DNA of 64,000 nt from a virus (Duplodnaviria; Heunggongvirae; Uroviricota; Caudoviricetes): positions 25,402 to 89,401 of the IMG/VR virus record IMGVR_UViG_3300033485_000006; one strand, given 5' to 3'. The position numbers and the translations under genes were made by a program. Below, piece by piece: positions 9,435 to 19,948 of the stretch. The notes beneath the pieces were generated by a model. The model was not told where the DNA came from and searched no databases. It saw only the letters and a program-made list of their open reading frames with translations. Each line of letters begins with the position of its first letter. Positions within the stretch are counted from its first letter, which is position 1.

Positions 9435-10377
9435 GAATTCTCCTGTATATTTCTAACTGGTCTTCGCTTAGATACCATGGGTCACCAAAAGCTGACATGT
9501 ATCCTTGGTTATGTATTGAAGATAGCTCTGATGCTACCTCAAGATTAGTCTTTGGTTTAGTGCAATGGATTGCCCAACATGCATTGAGTTCAATCTTCTG
9601 TTCCTCTGTAAGATGTTTAACACCAGTCATAATAGTACCAAGTTTCACATTATAATCCCAGAGTTCTTCTAAGGAATGTAACCCTTCATAACTATAAATT
9701 TTATGCACTTTATTCCCAGAAATCCTACTACCAAGAGTGAGGAAGGATTCCTTTAAGGTAGTATCAGGAAGTTTAAAGGCTTCCGTAGCCCACTTACTAA
9801 ATGTAACTGGTCCAATTCCTGGTAGGCCAAAGATATGGTCACCGCTATCCCCTAGAATACATTTTTTAGTAATGAATCTTGCCTCAGAACTACACCCAGT
9901 TTCTTCAACAATATCTGAGTAGCCCATTAGTTTAAACTGCTTGATATTAAAGTATTTAACTCTATCAGGGTGTCTTAGTACTATTTGGTCCCAATCTCTA
10001 TCAGATGAGAATAGAATAACTTCCTCAGTTAACTTAGAGGATAGTATACCAGCTATGTCATCTGCCTCTAGATCTTTAATTGGGAAATTAGATATACCTA
10101 GAGCAGAGCCAATAGTTTTCACATATTGTTCATACACTGGCTTAAAGTCATCTGGGACTGTCCCATAGTTGCGGCCACCCTTATACTTACTATATAATCC
10201 AAGGCGATAACTGGATTTACCAATATCATATGTGAAGATGATTCGTGTAATCTTTTTACCAGCTAGTTGTTCTACTCTTGGTATAGTATTTGCTAGTGTA
10301 GCGAATAGATTTATTACAGGCTGTTTTCTATGCAACTCATTATACGCCATTAGTTTTGAATCTACTATTAATACCAT
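9427..10377 (-). CDS. 5'-3' exonuclease / flap endonuclease (RNase H-like, T5 D15 / T4 rnh family)
   Basis: PIN-like N-terminal domain followed by an H3TH motif (ILGDSGDHIFGLPGIGPVTFSKW) typical of the FEN/5'-nuclease family. Confidence 0.8.
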   Translation of the reverse strand: MVLIVDSKLMAYNELHRKQPVINLFATLANTIPRVEQLAGKKITRIIFTYDIGKSSYRLGLYSKYKGGRNYGTVPDDFKPVYEQYVKTIGSALGISNFPIKDLEADDIAGILSSKLTEEVILFSSDRDWDQIVLRHPDRVKYFNIKQFKLMGYSDIVEETGCSSEARFITKKCILGDSGDHIFGLPGIGPVTFSKWATEAFKLPDTTLKESFLTLGSRISGNKVHKIYSYEGLHSLEELWDYNVKLGTIMTGVKHLTEEQKIELNACWAIHCTKPKTNLEVASELSSIHNQGYMSAFGDPWYLSEDQLEIYRRIHG

Positions 10378-10793
10378 TTACTCTCCAATAACTCGGGTTT
10401 TTTATATTCGTTTCCAATTACTTCAACTGTAAAAAATCCTATTAAACTACTACTAGATTCTGACGATTTGATTATGTATCCACTATTAAGATATATTACT
10501 ACTCCAGTATAGCAACTATTTACTACATGGGCCGTATCATAAGTAGGAAATAAAGTAACTCGTAGAATATCACCCTCGTAAATCTCAATACCATTTTTAT
10601 CATTTACCCCAGTGTACTGCATTAGCACATGACCACTTCTTGAAATATAATCTAAGTGACCTTGTGGAGGGTTATTTCCACATGAAGGAAGTGCTTTATT
10701 AGCTACTAGATGACACAGACTATTACTTTGATACATCATTACACCACCCTCATCATAGCTATCTACCCATGCCCTAAACTTAATTGCTCTCAT
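10368..10793 (-). CDS. YopX-domain protein
   Basis: YTGVNDKNGIEIYEGDIL matches the YopX signature TGLKDKNGKEIYEGDIV. Confidence 0.45.
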   Translation of the reverse strand: MRAIKFRAWVDSYDEGGVMMYQSNSLCHLVANKALPSCGNNPPQGHLDYISRSGHVLMQYTGVNDKNGIEIYEGDILRVTLFPTYDTAHVVNSCYTGVVIYLNSGYIIKSSESSSSLIGFFTVEVIGNEYKKPELLESKWY

Positions 10794-10918
10794 TGAAACT
10801 TACTTAATCTATAACTATTCCAATCCATACTCACCCTTTTCTATTAGTGTACTATAAGATGCTTCGCATCCCATATGTCGGCATTATACCATAAAATATA
10901 TTAATTTGTCAAGATTCC

Positions 10919-11845
10919 CTAGTGAGTTCCTAGGGATTGTAAATAATCATTCGCATCTTTATGACCTGATTTACGAATAGCTTTTGTTACTTCATCTGGT
11001 TTACCTATATTAATATAATCACGCCATATATCTTTTAGGCCAACCTTACCAGTTAACTCGTCACCTTGCCATGCCTTAATACTAGGTGAATCTGTATCAA
11101 GACTATTAATAATCTCCATAGCACCTAGACTTAATAGATGTCCAACCTTATTTTGACTAGGAGCACCTAATCCAAAGTTACACACAGCAGCTTTCCCAAG
11201 AGCAATATATGATAAGGCATCAAATATTCCTTCGGTTAAACTAATAGATGTTAGGCCTAGTTCTGGATGGTTAACAAGATAATCTAGTGGGTATAATACA
11301 TCCTTGGTTTTCATTGCTGTAGGTCTAAGATATTTTGCATCTTGTAAGTTAGCCTCAACGTTATACTTAGAATCTTCTATATAATATATCCTAGCGTCAA
11401 ACCCTAGAAGATTACCATAAACATCTCTAATTGGAAAGACAAGGCGACCTTTATACCTACCGTAAGTGCAATAGTAAACTCCTAGTTCCTCTAGGACTTC
11501 ACCAGGGATACCTCTGATGCTCTCAGAGACCCTAAAACCAATTGGTGGTAGGATTATGTCAACTGGTTCTTCTATGTCTTCTGAGGCCTCCCAGAGACGA
11601 TTTAGTTGGAGGTACTTTGAGAGTCGCTCTTGGTCTTCATCTTGTTTTACTCCTAGAATCCTATCAGCATGTGTTTTGAACTGACAGCTAAAGCAGTAAG
11701 CCAGACCTGTAGCATAATTAATAGAGAAACTAGGATTACTATCAGCATGCTCTGGGTTTAAACACTTTGTCTTTAATTCCTTTCCACTTATCGTGTAGTT
11801 TATATTTCTTGATTTGAAGTATGCTTCTAACTGTTCCCTGTACAT
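10919..11845 (-). CDS. DNA primase (DnaG/T4 gp61-like, CHC2 zinc finger + TOPRIM)
   Basis: N-terminal zinc finger CLNPEHADSNPSFS...CFSC, followed by an acidic TOPRIM-like region. Lies adjacent to a DnaB-type helicase gene. Confidence 0.65.
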   Translation of the reverse strand: MYREQLEAYFKSRNINYTISGKELKTKCLNPEHADSNPSFSINYATGLAYCFSCQFKTHADRILGVKQDEDQERLSKYLQLNRLWEASEDIEEPVDIILPPIGFRVSESIRGIPGEVLEELGVYYCTYGRYKGRLVFPIRDVYGNLLGFDARIYYIEDSKYNVEANLQDAKYLRPTAMKTKDVLYPLDYLVNHPELGLTSISLTEGIFDALSYIALGKAAVCNFGLGAPSQNKVGHLLSLGAMEIINSLDTDSPSIKAWQGDELTGKVGLKDIWRDYINIGKPDEVTKAIRKSGHKDANDYLQSLGTH

Positions 11846-12006
11846 ATTCTTGCCCCATCTCTAACCATTTTAACTCTTCTACTATCTGTTTTTCTTTTTG
11901 TTGCCTATAAAATTCAGAAATCATTTAAGCACACTATCTGCTATTGCTGTGTATAACAATACTATAAATGTTATAATAAGATGTATTCTATCAATTCTTG
12001 TAAACA

Positions 12007-13251
12007 TTATATACTCATCACAAAATTGAATTGCATCGTAGCAAACTTTTTCTCGAATAATAGTTGTGCTCTTGGGCCATTTCTATTTTTCATAATATAA
12101 ATAACTGCAGCATCACAGTCACCCTCCTCATCAGTCTCTGGGCTGTATATAAATAATACTAGGGTCGCACTAAAGAATAATTCAGAACTCCCTCTAGTAG
12201 TAATCTCTGGATACTTACCTTGTTTTGGTGCTTTATCCACATTTACCTGACTAGCAGATACAGTAACTACCCCAAGAGACATTGATAGTCTGTGTAGTGC
12301 TCTTGCAGTATCACTAAGCGCTTGCCAACCACCAACAGAACCCTTAGCTGGCATAACAAGATTTAGGTAGTCAAGAACAACTACATCTAAATCAAATAGA
12401 CTCTTTTCAACTTTAATTAGGTTGAGTAGTTCTAAGTTATCTAGTGGGTCTGTAACAATTCGGAATACATTCTCACGATTCTTAAAGTCAGCCATAGCAT
12501 CAGCTATACGTTTCTTCTCATCATCTGTGAGTAACCCTTTATTGACTTGGTTGAATGGAATGCCTGTTAGGAATGACTTTAGGCGATTACCAAGAGTCTG
12601 TGCTGAAAGTTCCAAGGATACAAATAGGATATTCTTGCCTTGTAGGTACATGCCAATTGCCATTTGTAATAGGAGAATTGACTTACCACCACCCGAAGTA
12701 CCTGATACAATTGTAAGTCCAGCTACACCTTCAATATGTTCATCCAGCTCTTTAATACCACTAGATATTAAAGAGGAGCTATCCTCCATTTCCATAGCAT
12801 CCATAAAGTTTGTAGGTCTAACAGAATCTAGGTTGATTTCCTCAATTAGACTATTAAGTACTCCGCGAACACCTTGTACATCCTTTAGCATAGCGCAATT
12901 ATTTAATTCTTGAACTTTAGAATCCATAGTTAACAATAGGTGTTTATCTTTAAGACCACTTAAGATTTGATTAATGTCTACTCCGAGTAAATCAACTCGT
13001 TCCATAGTGCCTAGGATTGCATTTAGTTGTGGTTTGATATTTGTTGGTGCTTTATCATTAATAATTGATTCAACAATGCGCATACTAGGTAACTTATGGC
13101 TAGTTGAAAATTCTTTATTAATCAGTTTAAATATCTGGCTATATTGATTAGAGAATAAATCTGGGTGTAACCCAAGGAATAATTCTTGGTCACCCTCACG
13201 AATTAGTTTTGATAGTGCAAGTAACTCATAATTAATCTTTGGTTGTGTCAT
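12007..13251 (-). CDS. replicative DNA helicase (DnaB family)
   Basis: Walker A (SGTSGGGKS), Walker B (VVVLDYL) and the RecA-like C-terminal domain layout of DnaB/gp41 helicases. Confidence 0.75.
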   Translation of the reverse strand: MTQPKINYELLALSKLIREGDQELFLGLHPDLFSNQYSQIFKLINKEFSTSHKLPSMRIVESIINDKAPTNIKPQLNAILGTMERVDLLGVDINQILSGLKDKHLLLTMDSKVQELNNCAMLKDVQGVRGVLNSLIEEINLDSVRPTNFMDAMEMEDSSSLISSGIKELDEHIEGVAGLTIVSGTSGGGKSILLLQMAIGMYLQGKNILFVSLELSAQTLGNRLKSFLTGIPFNQVNKGLLTDDEKKRIADAMADFKNRENVFRIVTDPLDNLELLNLIKVEKSLFDLDVVVLDYLNLVMPAKGSVGGWQALSDTARALHRLSMSLGVVTVSASQVNVDKAPKQGKYPEITTRGSSELFFSATLVLFIYSPETDEEGDCDAAVIYIMKNRNGPRAQLLFEKKFATMQFNFVMSI

Positions 13252-13445
13252 TTATTTCCTTTGTGTTGATATACTATTCGTTGGTAACTACTCGGTTCTA
13301 CTTTTAATGTATTTAGAAGGATTATGAGTTCTTCAAAGTTACCTTTAAAGTAGAACTCTGAACCATCTAATAGAAATGTTGTAGTCCTATTCCAACCAGA
13401 ACGTTGTGACCACTCAAGTTCACTTTTAAAATTTGTTATTTTCAA
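13248..13445 (-). CDS. hypothetical small protein (65 aa)
   Basis: 4-nt overlap with the helicase gene. No motif. Confidence 0.35.
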   Translation of the reverse strand: MKITNFKSELEWSQRSGWNRTTTFLLDGSEFYFKGNFEELIILLNTLKVEPSSYQRIVYQHKGNK

Positions 13446-13642
13446 TTGTAGTTCCTATCGTCATCTGAAATTAAGTACTCTAGGTTATCCCATAATATAT
13501 CTTCTAGGAAGTCTAACGCTTCACTTTGTTCATATGACACATACCCCTCAGCAATCTGTACCATTCTCTTGACCATTTCATCAAACTCTGTTACTTTCAT
13601 TTATCCCCTTTGTTGTACTAGGCACCACAAGGATGCCTATAA

Positions 13643-14389
13643 TTAAGCTTTGGTTGCCCGTGGCTTATTCTTTGGTTTTTCTTTTACTGGAAGTTTTGAT
13701 TTAAGAATTGTTAATTGTTTCTCTAGGTATTCCACATGGTCAGCTAAATGTTCTGCCTCTGCTTCATCAACTAGTTTTTCTCGTTGTTCTTTCACAAGTG
13801 ACCAACGCGCCATAGTTTCATCTGCATCAAAGTATAGGTCACCACCTTTGATTACTTCTTCAATTTCATCGTTACTTAGAAAATACTTATAAGTTTCCTC
13901 AATTAATTTACGAGATTGTTTAAGAATAAACTCAACGGATGCTTTAGCTTCATGCATCTTACCACCACTACCAAAACTCACTGAATGTACCATAAACATA
14001 CTATGGTCTGTCATAATAATCTCATCACAGTTAAGAGCAATAATAGTAGCTGCACTCGCAGCTGTATCAGTAATAATTGCTGTGCATACTGCAGCTGTAC
14101 TATTAATACCAGTGATAATCATTTGAGCACCAGATAGGTAACCCCCACCATTATCAATAATAAAATTTATATTATCATTGTCAGTTAGTGCTAGTGCAAT
14201 TTCCATATACTCATGGTATTCACTAGAAGATTCAATACCTTCAGTTAAATAATAGTTTACTGTAATTGTTTCCCCAAAGATAACATATAGTCCTTTATTA
14301 TTACAACGTTCTCTTACCATAGCATCTGTATGGTAAGCCTCTAGTGTATTATTTACATCACCACCAAACATATTATCATGTTTACTCAT
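13643..14389 (-). CDS. ClpP/S14-family serine protease-like protein
   Basis: TDTAASAATIIALNCDE resembles the ClpP active-site Ser region (GxAASMG). A downstream His (MVHSV) and Gly-rich turns fit the ClpP fold. 248 aa. Confidence 0.55.
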   Translation of the reverse strand: MSKHDNMFGGDVNNTLEAYHTDAMVRERCNNKGLYVIFGETITVNYYLTEGIESSSEYHEYMEIALALTDNDNINFIIDNGGGYLSGAQMIITGINSTAAVCTAIITDTAASAATIIALNCDEIIMTDHSMFMVHSVSFGSGGKMHEAKASVEFILKQSRKLIEETYKYFLSNDEIEEVIKGGDLYFDADETMARWSLVKEQREKLVDEAEAEHLADHVEYLEKQLTILKSKLPVKEKPKNKPRATKA

Positions 14390-16782
14390 TTGTGTCCTTT
14401 TGAAAATATATTCTCTGCGAATTCTGTTAGTCTTCCTCTAACAACCTTAGTTAGTTTAGCACCAAATAATTTTACATTTGGGTATTCTTTCTTTAGCGCA
14501 CCAAGTAACACTGCAAGACTAGTAGTATACTTATTTAGGTACGCATTGTCAATCTGGCGACTAGACCCAATAGCGATTACCATACAACCCTCACCAATAC
14601 GTGTAAGTGCTGTTTGCGCTGAGCTAGGTGAGAAGTTTTGTGCCTCATCCATAATGATGATAGAGTCAGTTAACGTCCTTCCACGTAGTCCAAGAGTTGT
14701 TATTGGTTTGATATTATAGCTCTTCATGAGTTCTTCTAGTTTTTCCTCTACAGCTAACTCAAGGTCCTCTGCCTTCATCTTCTTATTACTGAGATGTTTT
14801 CTCACCATGATTCTCAGGGTATCATATAATGGTGCAAAGAATGGTGCGAACTTTTCATCAGAGTTATGCGTCACAATATAGTCATCTGTAAGATATAGGC
14901 CGTCCTGGTTGTCTAATGTAATACACTGCACCTCGTCATCACGAACATACTCTACACTTTTAATCATCCTTGGTCTACCAATGCGTGCTGCCTTGTAATT
15001 AGTAGCTTTACGTTGTAGCTTTGCTAAGTTAAAGTGTGGGGAGTCTATCTGAACAATATATTGAATATGGTTGCAGTTACATTGTATACCTAAAATCTCT
15101 GTTAAGCCGATTCTATCCCTTGTAGAAATTCTTGCAATACCGCCAATTGAGTGGACTAAGTCTTTAACATCACTGGATAATACACTAGATGAAGTGTAGA
15201 ATATTATCTCTCCTGATGGTCTAATAGAGCCATCAGAGTCTATCATACCCCTCAAAAGTTCCACTCTAGTATTCAGTGTAGCTACCTTGTAGCTTTCAGG
15301 TATAAATTTAGTTTCTGCTTTTTTATATTGAAGACCTAGCATAGTTAAGGCCTCTTTAAGCTTATTCGTGTGGCCTCTTCCATTAATACCTGATATAGTG
15401 TATAATACATTTTTATCTGAAGAACGGTTTATAGCGCACCCAATATCTTTTAAGGTACTAGCTATATTATTAATAATCTCTTCACTATCAGAATTTCCTA
15501 GAGCTAACCTGACGTGACTTCCTGATAAGCTACCATCTCCAATTAGTAATCCTAATAGGTATGGGTCAACTAAAGGCTCACTATAATCAAATTCTACTGG
15601 TAGGTTCTTCGGTAGTTTATGACGTAAAGCCCCCCATTTAGTAATAGTAGACATAATTTCTGCAGTGCTTCTAAGTTTTGTAACTTTATCTCTTGTAGTT
15701 TCCCATAAGTGGTCCTCAGAACATTCAGTTACGCCCCCATCGGTAGTAGTTACTCTATACACTTTTTTAGTGCCTTGTGGTGTTACATGCTTTACTGTTG
15801 AGTATTCCCCAGTATTAGTTATAACTAAGTCCCCAACAGCAATATCACCCATCACTACCCAACCAGTAGGTGTAAGTATCTTGGCAGTTAAAGGCTGTGG
15901 CCCAGGTAAAAAACCAACCTCTTCATTACGTTCTAAGTTATGAACAGTATTCCTAAGATAATATATACCAGAATACTTCTTAGCCCTTACAAGCTTCATA
16001 GCAGAAGATATAGCAGCAAAGGATTTACCTGAACCAGCCAAGGCATCACAAATAATAAAGTCATAATTCTGTGATAGTATAGCTGCTGAGTACACAAGTT
16101 GTTCTAGGTTCCGTGGGCTTGCCTCTTGCTTTCTTACTTCATCCTCATCAATAGACTCAAGTTTCCCATTGTTAACCAAGAATACCGATTGGTTACCATC
16201 AGTTGATGTGATATGGTATGCATAGTTTTCTTGCGTATGAGTTGGGTTAATACTAATAACTTCCTTAAGCTCCAACTCTTGAAACACTTCTGGGTCAACT
16301 GTTAGGTACACTAATGGTTCTATATTAATGTCCTCTTGCTCCCTAACAAAGTCTACCTTAATACCCCGAGTTAATGCAAGAAATCTACAGTTAGTATCAT
16401 TGCTAATAAATGTAACATCCATAGAGCTATTATGGATATCCTCGGCTATCTCAATAATTTTTAAGTCATTCTTCTCATCTTTATATTCTTTCTTAGAGAC
16501 TAACATAAGAGTTACTTCAAACTCGCCTGTATCATACTTAGCATGAATAGTGGTTCTATCTTCCTGTCTATCAACACTTACTAAACGTGCATCTGATAGC
16601 ATACCAGAGGTTCTCCTAGCATGAAAACCTATCTCTTCCATTAATGTTTTCTTAGAATCAAGTTCTTGTATAACAGTATCTGGAATAACTATTACCTTAC
16701 TACCAGAATTACTAAGTGTATATAGGTTAGTTGAATCTAATAGTAGTATATTTGTGTCCAACACTAGGTATTCATTTTGCAT
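14386..16782 (-). CDS. phoH: PIN-PhoH (YlaK-like) ATPase interrupted by an intein
   Basis: N-terminal PIN (LVLDTNILL), Walker A (DALAGSGKS) and PhoH motif GFLPG. An insert of about 340 aa carries two LAGLIDADG motifs and ends ...VTHN|S. The extein then resumes with DEKFAPFFAPLYD and Walker B (IIIMDEAQNF). Confidence 0.8.
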   Translation of the reverse strand: MQNEYLVLDTNILLLDSTNLYTLSNSGSKVIVIPDTVIQELDSKKTLMEEIGFHARRTSGMLSDARLVSVDRQEDRTTIHAKYDTGEFEVTLMLVSKKEYKDEKNDLKIIEIAEDIHNSSMDVTFISNDTNCRFLALTRGIKVDFVREQEDINIEPLVYLTVDPEVFQELELKEVISINPTHTQENYAYHITSTDGNQSVFLVNNGKLESIDEDEVRKQEASPRNLEQLVYSAAILSQNYDFIICDALAGSGKSFAAISSAMKLVRAKKYSGIYYLRNTVHNLERNEEVGFLPGPQPLTAKILTPTGWVVMGDIAVGDLVITNTGEYSTVKHVTPQGTKKVYRVTTTDGGVTECSEDHLWETTRDKVTKLRSTAEIMSTITKWGALRHKLPKNLPVEFDYSEPLVDPYLLGLLIGDGSLSGSHVRLALGNSDSEEIINNIASTLKDIGCAINRSSDKNVLYTISGINGRGHTNKLKEALTMLGLQYKKAETKFIPESYKVATLNTRVELLRGMIDSDGSIRPSGEIIFYTSSSVLSSDVKDLVHSIGGIARISTRDRIGLTEILGIQCNCNHIQYIVQIDSPHFNLAKLQRKATNYKAARIGRPRMIKSVEYVRDDEVQCITLDNQDGLYLTDDYIVTHNSDEKFAPFFAPLYDTLRIMVRKHLSNKKMKAEDLELAVEEKLEELMKSYNIKPITTLGLRGRTLTDSIIIMDEAQNFSPSSAQTALTRIGEGCMVIAIGSSRQIDNAYLNKYTTSLAVLLGALKKEYPNVKLFGAKLTKVVRGRLTEFAENIFSKGHK
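14863..15885 (-). mobile_element. intein with LAGLIDADG homing endonuclease domain inside the PhoH-like gene
   Basis: Hint N-block-like ILTPTGWVVMGDIAVGDLV. LAGLIDADG motifs LLGLLIGDGSL and LLRGMIDSDGSI about 100 aa apart. C-terminal splice block IVTHN followed by Ser. The upstream boundary is uncertain by a few codons. Confidence 0.7.
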
Positions 16783-16950
16783 AATAATCCTATTTATTTA
16801 ATAAAAGTGCTACAAGGCCTGCGATACTCGCAAGTTGTACTAAATCTGTAACCTTATCCATATTTCTATAAGTACCAATTGGTACATTCAGCCACTGCTT
16901 AACTGCGTAAAATTTTTGTTCAAGATATAATTTTATACCAAATAAATCCA

Positions 16951-17217
16951 CTAGTCGTCCTTTACTGTTTTCTCAAGGTAAAACTTTTGGGCTTTAACTC
17001 GGTATGTTCTAAGATGGTTTTTACTTGGTTCCATCCAATCTTTTCCTTCGGTAGATTGTTTAATAAGCTCACCTAACTTATGAACTGACCATAAGCTAAA
17101 CTGATTCATGGTTAAAGTCTTTTTAAGGCGGTTTAGCTCCGCCTTTGTCATATCCCATAATTCTTCATCGCTATAACGTACTGTACTCATATTAATCACC
17201 CATGACAAGATAAACAT
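16951..17217 (-). CDS. hypothetical protein (88 aa)
   Basis: ORF overlapping the start of the NrdA-like gene. No motif. Confidence 0.35.
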   Translation of the reverse strand: MFILSWVINMSTVRYSDEELWDMTKAELNRLKKTLTMNQFSLWSVHKLGELIKQSTEGKDWMEPSKNHLRTYRVKAQKFYLEKTVKDD

Positions 17218-18932
17218 TCTGAATTATCAACTTTATATGTTGATGGTTCATTTAGACTATGTACATAATATAGTGACTGCACATAATCATCCTCAAAAGC
17301 TATATTATGAATTCTAGAAATATCTTCTTCTGTCGCCTCCATTGGAAAGTATAAGTTTAATGACTGACCTTGTCCACCACCACCTTCATTCATAATACGC
17401 TGTCGATGTGACGCCATTAGAATGATAGACTCTTGTGGTAATTCAAATGCTGTTCTGAATACTAATTTCTCTTGGTCTGATAACCAATCCTCACCTTGAA
17501 CTGAACCTTGAGCTTCTGATATACGAGACATAACTTCTTCATTATACATACCACGTTCTTTCATAATAGGTAGAAGCACTGGGTTAATACGATAGACTAA
17601 ACCACCAGCTGTCTCTTGTTCATATACGTTAGCATACACTGGCATAATACCCTCAGATACCCCACCAACGATAATTGCAGTTGACTTAGTAGGAGGTAAA
17701 GCTAGACGATGTGAATTACGTAAATTGTAACCTTGCATCCATTCTGGTTCGCCTAATTCTTTTGCAAGTAATTTGGAAGCAATTAAGGATTCCTTATCCA
17801 TCTCTTTCATTAATTGTTGGTTAAATAGGATTGAACTCATATCACCAAATGCCCACATATTCTGTTGGTAGTATGTTGATAACCCTAGGATACCAAGACC
17901 TAGTGCTCGTGATTTCTCCGTGAAGGCAATAATCTTATCAAAGCCCTCCTCCTGTTTAGCTTTAATCAACATATCCTCAACAACTGCATCCAAGAATATA
18001 GTTGCTAGTTGTATTACATACGTACTTTTCCATTCATTATATTTAGAAACATTTAATGATGATAGGACACAAGTGAATGAGTGATTCTCATCTGACATTA
18101 GGTTTATCTCAGCACATAGATTAGAATGTCTAACAAAGAATCCTCTGTCTTTATACATTTGTGGTCTAGCACGATTAACCTTATCAACAAAATACATATA
18201 ACCTTTTCCAGGGGTCATACGTGTCTTTAACATACGCTTCCAAATACGGTCTGCTTCTTGTGAGTCACGATTAAATAATTCAGCATACTCATCAGTGATA
18301 TTCCAACCAACATTCCATCCATCGTGGTCAGCTATTAATTGGTCTACTAACTCATCAAAGTCAGGATGCATCGGGTCTAAGTATTGTCCTACAGAACCTC
18401 TACGTGAATTCTGTGATACATCTTTCATATCTTGGACTACACCAGCCGCTGGTTGCATGATACCGTTAGCAGTACCACCTCTTGATACAAGAGAACCTCT
18501 CGCACGCACTGGATCTAATCCCCAAGACGTACCATAACCACGTTGAGTTAATTGAGCGATTTCCATTCGAGCTTGGTAGAAGGAACGAATGGAATCCCCT
18601 AAGTATGTACCAGAACATGCGATTGGGTGTCCTCTTGAATTACCCATATTAGTTAATACTGGGGTAGATGGGGACAGCCATCCTTTCCACATAATATCAA
18701 AGAAGGCGTTATCCCATGAGTCATACCCAAAGTAACTAGGGATTTCAAAAGTAGTTAATTCTGCGGCACGTTTAGCAATACGTGAATACATATCTTTTGG
18801 TGTTTCAGCAGTATTCAAATAGTTTTGGTTGAGTAATAATTGGTAACTTGCTGTACTCATCCAGTCAGGAGCTAGATTATCTGCTTGTAATTGTTTTCGT
18901 TTATATGATAGTTGTTCGTATTTATTTTCCAT
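17196..18932 (-). CDS. nrdA: ribonucleoside-diphosphate reductase large subunit (class I, no ATP-cone)
   Basis: Active-site motif HSNLCAEI, a C-terminal CxxC (CLSCHG), and NrdB directly upstream. 578 aa, so the N-terminal ATP-cone is absent. Confidence 0.7.
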   Translation of the reverse strand: MENKYEQLSYKRKQLQADNLAPDWMSTASYQLLLNQNYLNTAETPKDMYSRIAKRAAELTTFEIPSYFGYDSWDNAFFDIMWKGWLSPSTPVLTNMGNSRGHPIACSGTYLGDSIRSFYQARMEIAQLTQRGYGTSWGLDPVRARGSLVSRGGTANGIMQPAAGVVQDMKDVSQNSRRGSVGQYLDPMHPDFDELVDQLIADHDGWNVGWNITDEYAELFNRDSQEADRIWKRMLKTRMTPGKGYMYFVDKVNRARPQMYKDRGFFVRHSNLCAEINLMSDENHSFTCVLSSLNVSKYNEWKSTYVIQLATIFLDAVVEDMLIKAKQEEGFDKIIAFTEKSRALGLGILGLSTYYQQNMWAFGDMSSILFNQQLMKEMDKESLIASKLLAKELGEPEWMQGYNLRNSHRLALPPTKSTAIIVGGVSEGIMPVYANVYEQETAGGLVYRINPVLLPIMKERGMYNEEVMSRISEAQGSVQGEDWLSDQEKLVFRTAFELPQESIILMASHRQRIMNEGGGGQGQSLNLYFPMEATEEDISRIHNIAFEDDYVQSLYYVHSLNEPSTYKVDNSECLSCHG

Positions 18933-18940
18933 TTACCCTC

Positions 18941-19948
18941 CTATGGATTGTGGGTTTTCATATGTGGTAGTCGTGAGAAATTATCAATTTTCCAGTTCTT
19001 ACGATATTGAGTCGTACTAGCAGAGAAGAAATCATGAACCTTGATTGATTTAATACCACGGTAAAACCATGTTGAAATTTTATCCTCTAATGGGTTAATT
19101 AGATATGCTGCGGTAAAATTCATATCAGCAAGTAGCGCATTTGCTCTAACACGAATAAATGTTTTTAATTGACCTACTGTAATATCATTGATACTATCAA
19201 GTCCATCATAAACATAGTCAATAACCGAATCTTCATGTTCTATAATCTCATCTAATACTGCCATACAGTTTTCATGATGGTCACCAAGAGCAAAAGGATT
19301 ATTAAGAATTAATTCTGTTGTATATGTGTTATGTAAATATGCTGCAAATACTCCATGTAACTGCTCATCTTGAATTACGTAATCAACACCAGTTAAAGTT
19401 TTCTTAATAAGATTATTACCATTAGCCTTGAATGACTTAAGCATTGCAAAATTACTGAATAGTAATACCTGCTCAATCGCAGCAACTGTAAATAATGTTA
19501 GAGCTTTATCTTTATCAAGGTTACTAGTTATCTTTTCAAGGAGTACTAGTTTATCTTTCAATGCTTTAACAGCTTGTTGCTGTTCTGCTACATGTGCTGG
19601 GTCAATATTAAGTACATCAGACATTTTCTGATAAAAGAATGCATGTACTGATTGTTCCATTCGTGCAATCTCAATACAAGTACCTTCTATTTCTGAATGC
19701 GGAAACCACGAGGCGATTATATTCCATACATCACCAACACGCTGTTCAATTTCAACAAATAAATGTAGAGTTGTATCAGTTAGGCGTCGTTGTGGGACAG
19801 ACATTTTAACTAGATAATCATGCTTATCATCCTCTACTGGGATTTCTTGCGCAGACCAACTCTTATCTTGTTGTTCTTCCATAATCTCTTTGGCTTGGGG
19901 ATACAGATATAGTCCAAATAAAGGGTTTTTAGTTTCAATAGGTAGCAT
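18941..19948 (-). CDS. nrdB: ribonucleoside-diphosphate reductase small subunit
   Basis: Diiron ligand motifs ExxH (EQSVH, EQVLLF, QDEQLHG) and the ferritin-like helical pattern. Lies upstream of NrdA. Confidence 0.65.
   Translation of the reverse strand: MLPIETKNPLFGLYLYPQAKEIMEEQQDKSWSAQEIPVEDDKHDYLVKMSVPQRRLTDTTLHLFVEIEQRVGDVWNIIASWFPHSEIEGTCIEIARMEQSVHAFFYQKMSDVLNIDPAHVAEQQQAVKALKDKLVLLEKITSNLDKDKALTLFTVAAIEQVLLFSNFAMLKSFKANGNNLIKKTLTGVDYVIQDEQLHGVFAAYLHNTYTTELILNNPFALGDHHENCMAVLDEIIEHEDSVIDYVYDGLDSINDITVGQLKTFIRVRANALLADMNFTAAYLINPLEDKISTWFYRGIKSIKVHDFFSASTTQYRKNWKIDNFSRLPHMKTHNP

Noticed and set aside
17196-18932. The short (578 aa) NrdA, considered as a split or intron-containing gene.
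   Set aside because: Active-site and C-terminal CxxC regions are contiguous. The missing length corresponds to the dispensable N-terminal ATP-cone, so no split is needed.
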